A stretch of 64,000 nt of DNA, from the NCBI GenBank assembly GCA_963698995.1, contig CAVOTD010000081.1, positions 18,583 to 82,582 on the forward strand, read 5' to 3'. The notes beneath the pieces were generated by a model that had not been told where the DNA came from, did no database searches, and saw nothing but the letters and a program-made list of their open reading frames with translations. Of this stretch, positions 31,190-42,692 are shown one piece after another. The number at the start of each line of letters is the position of its first letter. Positions within the stretch are counted from its first letter, which is position 1. A program made the translations under genes and the position numbers. Origin of the DNA: an uncultured Alphaproteobacteria bacterium. GTDB lineage: Bacteria; Pseudomonadota; Alphaproteobacteria; ATCC43930; CGMCC-115725.

Positions 31190-31954
31190 GCCGAATGGAG
31201 CGCAGCGACGCCCCCCGTCAGGTTACGGTACTTTACCTGATCGAGGCCGGCGCGGGCGATCATCTCGCGCGAGCTCGCTCTGCCGCGGAAAACCGCGAAT
31301 GCTTTCGACAAGATAGGCGTAGGCGTCGCGGTCGCCCGTGACTATCTGGCCCGAGCAGCGGCACGATCTGAAAGCTGTAAATATCGTAGAGCGGCTGGAG
31401 CAACGGAGTTATCTCGGGGGTGAATTCGAGGCACAGAAAACGTCCGCCGGGTTTCAATACGCGGCGCGCCTCGGCAAGTGCTGCATCGATCCGGGTCACA
31501 TTCCGCAAGTCCGAAACCAATAGTGTAGAGGTCGACGCTGCGGTCGGCGATCGGCAGCCGCTCGGCATCGGCGCACACCCACTCGATGCCTGCGAGGATC
31601 CCCTGATCGAGCGCGCGGGCGCGCCCGATCGCCAGCATCGCCTCGCTGACATCGCAAACCAAGGCGCCTCCCTGAACGGCGGCCTGGTGCGGAACGAGGC
31701 GCTGGAGGGCACGCAATGCGATGTCTCCGGTGCCGCCAGCGACATCGAGAAGATACTGGCCTGGGCGCGGCGCCAGCCAGGCCACCATAGCGGCTTTCCA
31801 CCAGCGATGGATGCCGGCGCTCATCAGATCGTTCATCAGATCGTAGCGCGGGGCGACGCTGTCGAAGACGCCGCGCACCAGCGGTGCCTTCGTCTCCCTC
31901 GGGCACTCGACGAAGCCCGAAATCGGTCCGGCCGCTTGTGTCTTTGTCGCTCAT
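31177..31954 (-). pseudogene. ubiE: Ubiquinone/menaquinone C-methyltransferase UbiE with about 4 frameshifts
   Basis: My reading across three frames gives: MSDKDTSGRTDFG.. / ..[41 protein letters not shown].. / ..[38 protein letters not shown] / [21 protein letters not shown].. / ..[28 protein letters not shown] stop. Frame breaks lie near 31897, 31510, 31335 and 31265. Confidence 0.8.
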
Positions 31955-32062
31955 CGGGCAGGAAGATAACCATATAGGGTCGCGCACGCCACGGCCCGCC
32001 GCTCGCCGGCTGAACGGAATGAGCGAAATCGCGGGAATGACGAGGTCGCGGATCGCAGGCCA

Positions 32063-32890
32063 ATGCCCGAGCTGCCTGAGGTCGAGACGGTCCGGCGCGG
32101 CTTGGCGCTGAAGATCAGTGGACGCCGCATTGTGCAAGCCGAGTTGCGGCGGGCCGATCTGCGGCGGCCGTTTCCGCCGGCACTCGCCGCGCGGCTCGGC
32201 GGCGCTCGCATCGGGGCGCTCGGACGGCGCGGCAAATACATCCTGATCGAGCTCGATTCGGATGGCCTGCTGTTGCTCCACCTCGGCATGTCCGGCCGGG
32301 TCACGGCAAGCAGCGCGGCGCTGCCCGACGCGCTGCACGACCATGTGGTGCTGAGGCTCGACGACGGCACCGTCATTCGCTTCAACGACCCGCGCCGCTT
32401 CGGTCTGATCGATTATCTGAAGCGCGACGAAGCCGCGCGGCACCCGCTCTTGGCGGGGCTCGGCCCGGAGCCGCTCGAAGCCGAATTCGACGGTGGCTAT
32501 CTCTCGGCCAGGCTCGCCGGCAAGATGACCCCGATCAAATCGGCGTTGCTCGACCAGCGGATCGTCGCCGGGCTCGGCAACATTTATGTTTGCGAGGCGC
32601 TGTTCCATTCTGGCATCTCGCCGCGACGGCTAGCCGCATCGGTCGGCCGACGCCGCGCCGACCGGCTTGTCGCCGCGATCCAATCCGTTCTCAAGGAGGC
32701 GATCGCGGCCGGCGGCTCGTCGCTGCGCGACTATGTCCAGGCCGATGGCGAGCTCGGCTATTTCCAGCACCGCTTTGCGGTTTATGGCCGCGAAGGCGAT
32801 CCCTGTCCCGGCTGCGACTGCGGCGGCGGTGTCCGCCGCATCGTGCAGTCCGGCCGATCAACCTTCTTTTGTGCGAAGCGACAGCGCTAG
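32063..32890 (+). CDS. mutM: Formamidopyrimidine-DNA glycosylase
   Basis: [14 protein letters not shown] and a C-terminal zinc finger [27 protein letters not shown]. Confidence 0.92.
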   Translation: MPELPEVETVRRGLALKISGRRIVQAELRRADLRRPFPPALAARLGGARIGALGRRGKYILIELDSDGLLLLHLGMSGRVTASSAALPDALHDHVVLRLDDGTVIRFNDPRRFGLIDYLKRDEAARHPLLAGLGPEPLEAEFDGGYLSARLAGKMTPIKSALLDQRIVAGLGNIYVCEALFHSGISPRRLAASVGRRRADRLVAAIQSVLKEAIAAGGSSLRDYVQADGELGYFQHRFAVYGREGDPCPGCDCGGGVRRIVQSGRSTFFCAKRQR

Positions 32891-32901
32891 AGAGGCGAAA
32901 A

Positions 32902-33690
32902 ATGAGCGAGAAGCCGAGTTACCAGAACATCCTCGTCGAGCGGCGCGGCGCGGTCGGCGTCGTCACGCTCAACCGGCCGGCGGCGTTGAATGCCCTGAAT
33001 GGGGCATTGATTGAAGAGCTCGGCGCGGCACTCGACGAATTCGAGGGTGACACCGCGATCGGCGCGATCCTGCTGACCGGCAGCGAGAAGGCGTTCGCTG
33101 CCGGGGCCGACGTCAAGGAGATGATGTCGAAGAGCTATCCGGAGATCTATCGCGAGGACTTCATCACGCGCGGCTGGGAGCGGGTCGGCCAGTGCCGCAA
33201 GCCGGTGATCGCGGCGGTTGCCGGCTTTGCGCTCGGCGGCGGCTGCGAGATCGCAATGATGTGCGACATCGTGATTGCCGCCGAAACCGCGCGGTTTGGT
33301 CAGCCCGAGATTACCCTCGGCACGATCCCGGGGGCGGGTGGGACACAACGGCTCACCCGCTTCATCGGCAAGGCAAAGGCGATGGATCTGTGTCTGACCG
33401 GGCGGATGATGGATGCCGACGAAGCCGAGCGTGCCGGCCTCGTCAGCCGCATCGTGCCGGCCGCCGAGCTTCTGTCCGAGGCGGTCAAGGTCGCCGAGCG
33501 CATCGCCGTGATGTCGCAGCCGATCGCGATGATGGTCAAGGAAGCGGTCAATCGCGCCTACGAGACGACCCTCGCCGAGGGGGTGCGCTTCGAGCGCCGG
33601 TTATTCCACTCGACCTTCGCCACCGAGGATCGAAAGGAGGGCATGGCCGCCTTCATCGAGAAACGCAAGCCCGATTTCCGCAACCGGTAA
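32902..33690 (+). CDS. Enoyl-CoA hydratase (crotonase family)
   Basis: Start [32 protein letters not shown] (ATG 32902). [21 protein letters not shown]. The track start at 32590 was rejected. Confidence 0.9.
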   Translation: MSEKPSYQNILVERRGAVGVVTLNRPAALNALNGALIEELGAALDEFEGDTAIGAILLTGSEKAFAAGADVKEMMSKSYPEIYREDFITRGWERVGQCRKPVIAAVAGFALGGGCEIAMMCDIVIAAETARFGQPEITLGTIPGAGGTQRLTRFIGKAKAMDLCLTGRMMDADEAERAGLVSRIVPAAELLSEAVKVAERIAVMSQPIAMMVKEAVNRAYETTLAEGVRFERRLFHSTFATEDRKEGMAAFIEKRKPDFRNR

Positions 33691-33696
33691 AGCAGC

Positions 33697-34056
33697 TCAG
33701 CCCGGGCCGTCCTTGTTGGAGCGGCGCGGCGGCAAGGGCCGGACGATCGGCTCTGTGGCAAAAGGCCGGCGCAGTCCGATCGAGATCTTGCGCAAGATTG
33801 CCCGCGCCGGCCGCGAAACCGTGAGCCGCACGATTGCAGCCGCAATTGTCTGACCGCGCTCGTGCCGTAGACTGGCCATGCCGTGGCGGCGGAAATCAGC
33901 GACCCAGAGATCGACAAGGCGTTTTGGCACGCCAAAGGCGGATGCAACCGCGGCGCTCGTCCAACCGTCGACAATTACGCGTTGGACGATTTGGCCTCGC
34001 TTCGCGATAGTAATTGCAGGGCGGTGTGACGAAGGGTTCTTCATATGTCCCGCCAA
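33697..34056 (-). CDS. Helix-turn-helix domain protein (hypothetical)
   Basis: 119 aa. IAKRGQIVQRVIVDGWTSAAVASAFGVPKRLVDLWV resembles transposase/regulator-type HTH. Confidence 0.45.
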   Translation of the reverse strand: MAGHMKNPSSHRPAITIAKRGQIVQRVIVDGWTSAAVASAFGVPKRLVDLWVADFRRHGMASLRHERGQTIAAAIVRLTVSRPARAILRKISIGLRRPFATEPIVRPLPPRRSNKDGPG

Positions 34057-34087
34057 CGCGCCGCCCGGTCCGAGAATTCCCTGAGGA

Positions 34088-35080
34088 TCAAGCGCTAACG
34101 TCGACCACGATCCGACCGCGGATCTCGCCGCGCAGAATCTTCGGGGCGAGCTCGGGCAGGGCCGAAAGCGGCACGGTTTCGGTCATCCGATCGAGCTTGT
34201 CGAGCGGCAAATCGCCTGCCAGGCGCTGCCATGCCTCGACCCGCTCGGCGCGCGGGCACATGACCGAATCGATGCCGAGCAGATTGACCCCGCGCAGCAG
34301 AAACGGGATCACCGTTGCAGGCAAATCGCTGCCGCCGGCGAGCCCGCAGGCGGCAACGCTCGCGCGGTATTTGAGCTGGGTCAGAATCGTAGCCAATGTA
34401 TTGCCGCCGACGGCGTCGACCGCGCCGGCCCAGCGCTCACCGTCCAGCGGTCGCGACGGTTTCGCTGCAAGAACCGCGCGCTCGATCAGATCGGCGGCGC
34501 CGAGCTCGGTCAGATACTCCCGCTGCTCGGGGCGTCCGGTCGAGGCGACGACGCGATGCCCGAGCCGCGACAACAGCGCCACCGCGACACTGCCGACGCC
34601 GCCCGCAGCGCCGGTGACGAGGACATCGCCCGAGCCGGGCTGCAACCCGTGGCGCTCGAGCGCCACGACCGCCAGCATTGCGGTGAACCCGGCGGTGCCG
34701 ATCGCCATCGCCTGGCGGGCGCTGAGCCCTGCCGGGCGGCGCACCAGGTAAGAGGCGCTGACCTGTGCCTTCTCGGCATAGCCGCCCCACTGGGTTTCGC
34801 CGACCCGCCAGCCGGTCAGGATCACCGGATCGCCCGACTGGAACTCTGGCGATTGCGAGCGCTCGACTCTGCCGGCGAAATCAATCCCCGGCACATGCGG
34901 ATAGCTGCGCACCAGCCGGCCGATCCCCTGCAGGATCATCCCGTCCTTGTAGTTGAGGGTCGAATATTCGACCCCGACGGTGACTTCGCCAGGCGGCAGG
35001 CGGGCCTCGTCGACCGCCTCGATCCGCGGGACGACTTTGCCGTCCTCTTCGTGCAACACCAGCGCGCGGAAACTTGCCAT
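34088..35080 (-). CDS. YhdH/AcuI-type NADPH:quinone/acrylyl-CoA reductase (MDR zinc-free oxidoreductase)
   Basis: Start MASFRALVLHEEDGK (ATG complement 35078-35080, RBS ggaggt). VLVTGAAGGVGSVAV. Confidence 0.75.
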   Translation of the reverse strand: MASFRALVLHEEDGKVVPRIEAVDEARLPPGEVTVGVEYSTLNYKDGMILQGIGRLVRSYPHVPGIDFAGRVERSQSPEFQSGDPVILTGWRVGETQWGGYAEKAQVSASYLVRRPAGLSARQAMAIGTAGFTAMLAVVALERHGLQPGSGDVLVTGAAGGVGSVAVALLSRLGHRVVASTGRPEQREYLTELGAADLIERAVLAAKPSRPLDGERWAGAVDAVGGNTLATILTQLKYRASVAACGLAGGSDLPATVIPFLLRGVNLLGIDSVMCPRAERVEAWQRLAGDLPLDKLDRMTETVPLSALPELAPKILRGEIRGRIVVDVSA

Positions 35081-35149
35081 CAGACCTCCGTTAGTCGTCA
35101 CCCCCGCGAAAGCGACGTGCAAGCGGGAATGACGGCAAAAGCCCGGCCG

Positions 35150-36320
35150 TCAAGCGCGCAGCGGCTCGAGGATGCTGGCGAAGTTTGCGACAGCAGCGCC
35201 GCCCATGTTGAAGACGCCGGCAAGCGCCGCCCCCGGCACCTGGATGCCGCCGGCCTTGCCGGTCACTTGCATCGCCGCCAGCACATGCATCGAGACGCCG
35301 GTCGCGCCGATCGGGTGGCCCTTCGATTTGAGCCCGCCCGACGGGTTGACCGGCAATTTGCCGTCCTTCTCGGTCCATCCTTCGAGGATGGCGCGCGCCC
35401 CCTCGCCTTTCGGCGTCAGACCCATCGCTTCGTATTCGATAAGCTCGGCGATAGTGAAGCAATCATGGGTCTCGACCAGATCGAGATCGTCGAGTTCGAG
35501 CCGGGCGGCGGCCAGGGCCCGCTTCCAGGCGAGCGCCGGGCCTTCGAAGGCGACAACGTCGCGCCGGCTCATCGGTAGAAAGTCGTTGACCTGCTCGGCG
35601 GCGCGAAAGACGACCGCCTTCTTCAGGCTCAAGGCCGTCGCCGTATCGGCCAGCACCACCGCCGCCGCGCCATCGGAAACCAGCGAGCAGTCGGTGCGCT
35701 TTAAGGGGCCGGCGACGATCGGGTTCTTGTCGGAGACCGTGCGGCAGAATTCGTAGCCGAGATCCCTTCTGCATCTGGGCGAGGGGGTTGGCGACGCCGT
35801 TCTTGTGGTTCTTTGCGGCGATCCGCGCCAGCGCGTCCGATTGGTCGCCATAACGCTGGAAGTAACTCTGCGCGATCTTGCCAAAGATACCGGCAAAGCC
35901 GCCTTCGATCGCGTCTTCTTCCTTGCGGTAGCTGGCGCCGAGCAGGATGTCGCCGACCCGCGCGCCGGAGATCTCGGTCATCTTCTCGACCCCGATGATC
36001 AGTGCGAGGCGCGCTCTCCCGGCCGCGATCGCGTTGAGACCCTGATGGATTGCCGCCGAACCGGTCGCGCAGGCGTCCTCGACGCGTGTCGCCGGCTTGA
36101 AGCGAAAGGCCGGGTCGGCCTGAAGGACCAGCGACGCCGGAAATTCCTGGCGGACAAAACCGCCATTCATCGTGCCGAGATAGATCGTGTCGATATCGGC
36201 CGCCGCGACTCCGGCATCGGCCAACGCCGCCTGCGCCACCTCGACGATTAGCGCTTCGATGTCACTGCCCTCGTGCTTGCCGAATTTGCTGTGCGCCCAG
36301 CCGACGATGCAACCGCTCAT
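35150..36320 (-). pseudogene. Thiolase-fold protein (SCP2-type thiolase/acetyl-CoA acetyltransferase-like) with one frameshift
   Basis: N-terminal part in ORF 35463..36320 (..RVEDACATGSAAIH..) and C-terminal part in ORF 35150..35896 (..HDCFTIAELIEYEAMGL..GGLKSKGHPIGATG..). They join at a G/C run at 35764-35766. Confidence 0.8.
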
Positions 36321-36587
36321 GCCACCCTCCGAAACTACCGTTCGCGGACCATAGCTATCCCGCCGGCGCCGCTCTATCCTGATATAAGCGTCTCAGATCG
36401 GCGGGACACCCGGATACCGCGCGATGGCGTGGTGCCTGGCACGTTGACGCGCTCGCCCAATCCTTCTCGTTGGATCAAGAATTGCACCGACATGTTTTCG
36501 TGGTTCCCGCAAAAGCCGGAATCCCAGACGGCAAGACTTTACGGCTAAACCCTTGCGAAGCCCGCTTCCGCGGCGGAAATACCAACG

Positions 36588-37403
36588 ATGCAGATTCGAC
36601 TTGGCTACGAATTAATCTACGACTGCCCCCAGCCGACACCTATGCTGCTGATGTTGAATATCCACGAAACACGCGCGGCGGATATGGTGGTGCCGGACCT
36701 CCTCGGCACCAGCCCAGCAGTCCCGATCCGGACTTACCGCGATAGCTTCGGGAACTCGTGCAGCCGGATCCTCGCACCGACTGGGCGAATCCATATTTCT
36801 GCCAATGCGATTGTGAACGACACGGGCAAGCCCGATGCTGTCGCCAGCGAGGCACAGCAGCACCCGGTGGAGGACCTACCTGACGAGGCCCTCGTATTTC
36901 TGCTGGGTAGCCGTTATTGCGAAACGGAACGGCTCTCAGACGTCGCGTGGTCGTTGTTCGGGAACACGCCGCTCGGCTGGGGCCGGGTCCAGGCGATCTG
37001 CGATTATGTTCACCGGCACATCGCCTTCGGCTACGAACACGCCCGCAACACCCGAACGGCCTGGGAAGCCTTCAGCGATCGCACCGGCGTCTGCCGGGAT
37101 TTTGCCCATCTCGCGGTCGCCTTCTGCCGCTGCATGAACATCCCGGCGCGATACTGCACCGGCTACCTGGGCGATATCGGCATGCCGGTCTCGGACGCGC
37201 CAATGGATTTTTCAGCCTGGTTCGAAGCCTATGTCGGTGGCAAGTGGTATACGTTTGATGCACGCCACAACATTCCGCGTATCGGCCGGGTGCTGATCGC
37301 CCGCGGCCGCGACGCCGCGGACGTCGCGATCAGCACAACCTTCGGTCCAAATACGCTCAGCGGCTTTACCGTGGTGACCGACGAGGTCGCTACAGTCGAA
37401 TAA
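36588..37403 (+). CDS. Transglutaminase-like family protein
   Basis: 271 aa. Catalytic-core pattern RTGVCRDFAHLAVAFCRCMNIPARYCTGY. Confidence 0.8.
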   Translation: MQIRLGYELIYDCPQPTPMLLMLNIHETRAADMVVPDLLGTSPAVPIRTYRDSFGNSCSRILAPTGRIHISANAIVNDTGKPDAVASEAQQHPVEDLPDEALVFLLGSRYCETERLSDVAWSLFGNTPLGWGRVQAICDYVHRHIAFGYEHARNTRTAWEAFSDRTGVCRDFAHLAVAFCRCMNIPARYCTGYLGDIGMPVSDAPMDFSAWFEAYVGGKWYTFDARHNIPRIGRVLIARGRDAADVAISTTFGPNTLSGFTVVTDEVATVE

Positions 37404-37423
37404 CCGCCGCGGCCAAAGCCGCA

Positions 37424-37555
37424 CTAACGGGGCTGCGACTGCCCCGCGGGAACGGGAGGATGGCCGACCATAATCGGCGGCCTGAGCAACCCGTATGCGG
37501 TAAGACCGATGAGCAACAGTACCGGGATGACAATCGGGGGAACCAGGTATTTCAC
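37424..37555 (-). CDS. Possible 43-aa membrane peptide (not in the ORF track)
   Basis: Own reading: GTG start preceded by aaggaaag. MKYLVPPIVIPVLLLIGLTAYGLLRPPIMVGHPPVPAGQSQPR. Speculative. Confidence 0.25.
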   Translation of the reverse strand: MKYLVPPIVIPVLLLIGLTAYGLLRPPIMVGHPPVPAGQSQPR

Positions 37556-37588
37556 AGTCTTTCCTTTTAAAGTCGGTCCCGAGCCAGA

Positions 37589-37990
37589 TCACAACATCCC
37601 GGAGAGTGCTGCCGCCCCGAGGGCTAGGCAGGCGAGCAACACCACCGCATGAAGATATTTCCTGCCCTTCGCACAATCTTGCTTTCGACGCGTCGAGCCG
37701 GCATGCCCACGTGGCGGTAAGAGCGTTACCAATCGCTGGCTGATGGCCAGATTGTCCGATAGCTCCGTTCGACCGATGGGCAAGGCAGCGATCATTCGCG
37801 CGAGCGCCGCAGCCGCGACTGCCCTCGGCAACGTCGCGAGCCGGGCCGCCTCCTCCCGAGGGTCGATACCAAGTCGTGTCAACGCCGAAACCACACTGAG
37901 CGGCATTCCACTTTGTTCATCGGCGACCGAGGCGAACAGAAAATCGTTCAAATCCGACTGCAGCAGAGTGTATCGAGCGGGGAGCGTCAT
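37589..37990 (-). CDS. Hypothetical protein with C-terminal TM helix
   Basis: 133-aa ORF with GC-rich third positions. No recognisable motif. Confidence 0.5.
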   Translation of the reverse strand: MTLPARYTLLQSDLNDFLFASVADEQSGMPLSVVSALTRLGIDPREEAARLATLPRAVAAAALARMIAALPIGRTELSDNLAISQRLVTLLPPRGHAGSTRRKQDCAKGRKYLHAVVLLACLALGAAALSGML

Positions 37991-38046
37991 GATCGCTCCT
38001 CAGTCCGGGGAGGAGGCTGCTTCGGGTTTCAGTAGCCGCCGCCGAC

Positions 38047-38400
38047 CTACAAGGGAGCGGCGAGCCGTTCCGCACAAGCGGTAGCAACCGCCGAATTCGG
38101 AGCATCGCTTCCCGCCATGGTTGCCCAGCCGCCCTTCTCGATCATCGATCGCCGGTCCCAAGACGAGGAGACTTTGTTGAACTCCGCCAACTTCGCCGGC
38201 GCATCGGCCTGATGCTGGAATCTCTCGACGCAGATCGGTGCTAGCACGGCAACAACCGCAGTTTGAGCGCGCTCCTTTGCTATCCGCTCAGCGGTACTGC
38301 CGAGGGTCCATCCGAACGATGAAAAGCCGACCGCCGAGATGGCAACCGCACCGATCACCGCGCCCCAGATGGCTGGCTTCAAACTCGGATACTTTTTCAT
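38047..38400 (-). CDS. Hypothetical membrane-anchored protein
   Basis: 117 aa. N-terminal TM PAIWGAVIGAVAISAVGF. Confidence 0.5.
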   Translation of the reverse strand: MKKYPSLKPAIWGAVIGAVAISAVGFSSFGWTLGSTAERIAKERAQTAVVAVLAPICVERFQHQADAPAKLAEFNKVSSSWDRRSMIEKGGWATMAGSDAPNSAVATACAERLAAPL

Positions 38401-38670
38401 TTATCGCACCTCGGTGTCAGGCGGAAACCTTCCTCCTGATCTTTCCGCCGCAAATCGCGGCCCTGAGCGAGAACTCGTCCGCTATCCGACGCGCACCCAA
38501 GAGTTCGCCGGAAGAAATTGTGCACCCTTCCCCGATGCAGCAATTTATGTGGCCGACGTATTCTGCATCACTACATATCGGATCATTTTGCGTTAATTGC
38601 AAGGGGTGCTTGAGATTCTATTTAAAACACCATAGGGTAAAGTTTGGTGTTGGTTTTAAATAGGTGTGTT

Positions 38671-38967
38671 TTATTCTTTCAACGCGGCACTGCGGGAGGA
38701 CGAGTCGCCGATGGTCCGAATAGTCGATGCTTTACCGATCTGCTGCCGCTGGATGTTTCCTAGCACCCTGATCCAGGCCTTTGCTCTCTCTGCCTGACCG
38801 GCGAGCGCTGCGGCACGGGCGTTCTCCCGTGCCACGGTTGCGGCCTCCGTCCCGTGAACGTCGATGATGTCGTGGGCAAGCTTGTGGTCCTTGGAACCAT
38901 CGGTCATCACGATTGCCTCGTCGATTGCCGTGTCAACGCGGCGGAACATAAGTTGGGGCGGAAGCAT
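38671..38967 (-). CDS. Hypothetical protein
   Basis: 98-aa ORF. Supported only by length and codon bias. Confidence 0.4.
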   Translation of the reverse strand: MLPPQLMFRRVDTAIDEAIVMTDGSKDHKLAHDIIDVHGTEAATVARENARAAALAGQAERAKAWIRVLGNIQRQQIGKASTIRTIGDSSSRSAALKE

Positions 38968-39027
38968 CGCCCTCTCCCGTCCTAATGGAGCGGCGATGCT
39001 CTTTTCACCGAAGAATGCAGCTGGAGC

Positions 39028-40999
<1,972 letters not shown>

Positions 41000-41088
41000 G
41001 AAAATCCTTCCTCAGATACACGTTTGAACCCGAACGCCCTCACCGGCAAAGCGATGCAAATTCCAGGGACATCGCCGCGTGACAAGGC

Positions 41089-41115
41089 TTAGCACTCTAT
41101 GCGCGGGAGTGCTAT
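41089..41115. promoter_or_regulatory. CIRCE operator (HrcA binding site) upstream of groES
   Basis: TTAGCACTC-tatgcgcgg-GAGTGCTAt matches 17/18 positions of the consensus TTAGCACTC-N9-GAGTGCTAA. It lies 90 nt upstream of the groES start. Confidence 0.85.
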
Positions 41116-41181
41116 CAACATCGGGACGCACGGCATCTCTTGCAAGGGCGTGTTACAGAAACGGGATCTGCGAGGAGTGGC

Positions 41182-42228
41182 ATGCGAGAAATCAAGGACA
41201 CCATCACCTTTCGGCGTCCGGACGATTGGCATGTCCATCTCCGCGACGGGAAAATGCTCGCCACCATTCTCCCCTTCACCGCGCGCCAATTCGCCCGCGC
41301 GATTGTGATGCCGAACCTGCTGCCGCCGGTGACGAGCGTCGCGGCGGCACGCGCCTATCGCGCGCGCATCCTAGCCGCCCTCCCGGCGGATCAACTGTTC
41401 GAGCCGCTCATGACCTGCTATCTGACCGACGCGACCGACCCCGAAGAGGTTGCCTCGGGGTGCAAGGAAGGCGTGTTCGCCGCGGTCAAGCTCTACCCGG
41501 CGCAAGCAACGACCAACTCGGCCTTCGGCGTCACCGATTTCGTTCGCATCTCGCCGGTGCTCGAGCGCATGGCCGGCCTCGGGATGCCGCTGTTGATCCA
41601 CGGCGAGGTGACCGACCCCGAAATCGACGTGTTCGACCGCGAGGCGGTGTTCATCGATCGCGTCCTCGACCCGCTGAGGCGGCGGTTTCCGGAGCTGCGC
41701 ATTGTGCTTGAGCACATCACTACGCAAGAGGGTGTCGACTACGTCACGTCGAGCGCCGCCAACCTGGCCGCGACGATCACGGCGCACCACCTGGTGATCA
41801 ATCGAAACGCGATTTTTGCGGGAGGCATTCACCCGCATCTCTATTGCCTACCGATCGCCAAGCGCGAGAGGCATCGGTTGGCTCTTCGTCGGGCCGTAGC
41901 CTCCGGCGACGACAGGTTCTTTCTTGGCACCGACAGCGCACCGCATGCCGTTCCGGCCAAGGAGACGGCCTGCGGCTGCGCCGGCATTTTCACCGCCCCC
42001 TGTGCGCTAGAAATCTATGCCGAGGCCTTTGAGGAGGAAGCGGCGCTCGACCGGCTCGAAGCTTTCGCGTCGCTGAACGGCCCGGCGTTCTACCGACTGC
42101 CGCCAAACGACGCCCGGGTCACCTTGCGGCGCGAACCTTTCCCGGTGCCCAAGCAAATCGGCGCGGGCGACGATGCCGTCATCCCGTTCCGCGCCGGCGA
42201 TACCCTCCGCTGGCGCCTCTTGGGGTGA
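41182..42228 (+). CDS. pyrC: Dihydroorotase (homodimeric class II type)
   Basis: Start [23 protein letters not shown] (ATG 41182, RBS gaggag). AIVMPNL, KLYPA, DSAPH. Confidence 0.9.
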   Translation: MREIKDTITFRRPDDWHVHLRDGKMLATILPFTARQFARAIVMPNLLPPVTSVAAARAYRARILAALPADQLFEPLMTCYLTDATDPEEVASGCKEGVFAAVKLYPAQATTNSAFGVTDFVRISPVLERMAGLGMPLLIHGEVTDPEIDVFDREAVFIDRVLDPLRRRFPELRIVLEHITTQEGVDYVTSSAANLAATITAHHLVINRNAIFAGGIHPHLYCLPIAKRERHRLALRRAVASGDDRFFLGTDSAPHAVPAKETACGCAGIFTAPCALEIYAEAFEEEAALDRLEAFASLNGPAFYRLPPNDARVTLRREPFPVPKQIGAGDDAVIPFRAGDTLRWRLLG

Positions 42229-42250
42229 CGTCGCATTGCACGCAAACCCA

Positions 42251-42281
42251 CCCCGTGGCCGGGCTTGTCCCGGCCACCACG
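42251..42281. repeat. Left copy of a hairpin-forming repeat flanking the GIY-YIG gene
   Basis: ccccGTGGCCGGGCTTGTCCCGGCCACcacg. 9-bp stem, 5-nt loop. Confidence 0.85.
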
Positions 42282-42323
42282 AGGCTGTTGTCACCCCTGC
42301 GATCTCTGGACCACACTCGCCCA

Positions 42324-42611
42324 ATGACAGGCGGATGGGTCTACATCATGACCAACCGGCCGAATGGCACACTCTATGTCGGCACTACTACCGACCTCGC
42401 TTGGCGAGCCTGGGAACACCGAGCCGGTGTCGTGGGAGGATTTACAAAGCAAAATGGGCTGAACCGTCTCGTCTATGCCGAACGATCCGAAGATATTCTG
42501 GCCGCGAAGCAACGTGAGCGGAACATGAAGCACTGGCCCCGGGCGTGGAAGGTCAGACTGACCTGGCGGGATAATCCAGATTGGGATGATCTCTATGGCC
42601 GACTTGCTTGA
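42324..42611 (+). CDS. GIY-YIG nuclease-superfamily protein (95 aa)
   Basis: MTGGWVYIMTNRPNGTLYVGTTTDLAWRAWEHR (GIY..YVG motif, R, E). Start ATG 42324 is preferred to the track start at 42225. Confidence 0.85.
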   Translation: MTGGWVYIMTNRPNGTLYVGTTTDLAWRAWEHRAGVVGGFTKQNGLNRLVYAERSEDILAAKQRERNMKHWPRAWKVRLTWRDNPDWDDLYGRLA

Positions 42612-42616
42612 GCTGC

Positions 42617-42647
42617 GTGGGTGGCCGGGACAAGCCCGGCCACGGGG
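42617..42647. repeat. Right copy (inverted orientation) of the hairpin repeat flanking the GIY-YIG gene
   Basis: gtggGTGGCCGGGACAAGCCCGGCCACgggg. Its reverse complement is identical to 42251-42277 over 27 nt. Confidence 0.85.
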
Positions 42648-42692
42648 AGATAGGACAGAAACCCGGGCGGTCGCGGAAAGCAGGAGCGGCGC

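Noticed and set aside
38968-39027. Hairpin (agcatcgcc..ggcgatgct) just downstream of groEL as a rho-independent terminator
   Set aside because: The loop is about 20 nt, there is no U-tract on the transcribed strand, and it overlaps the putative start of the next ORF. The evidence is insufficient.
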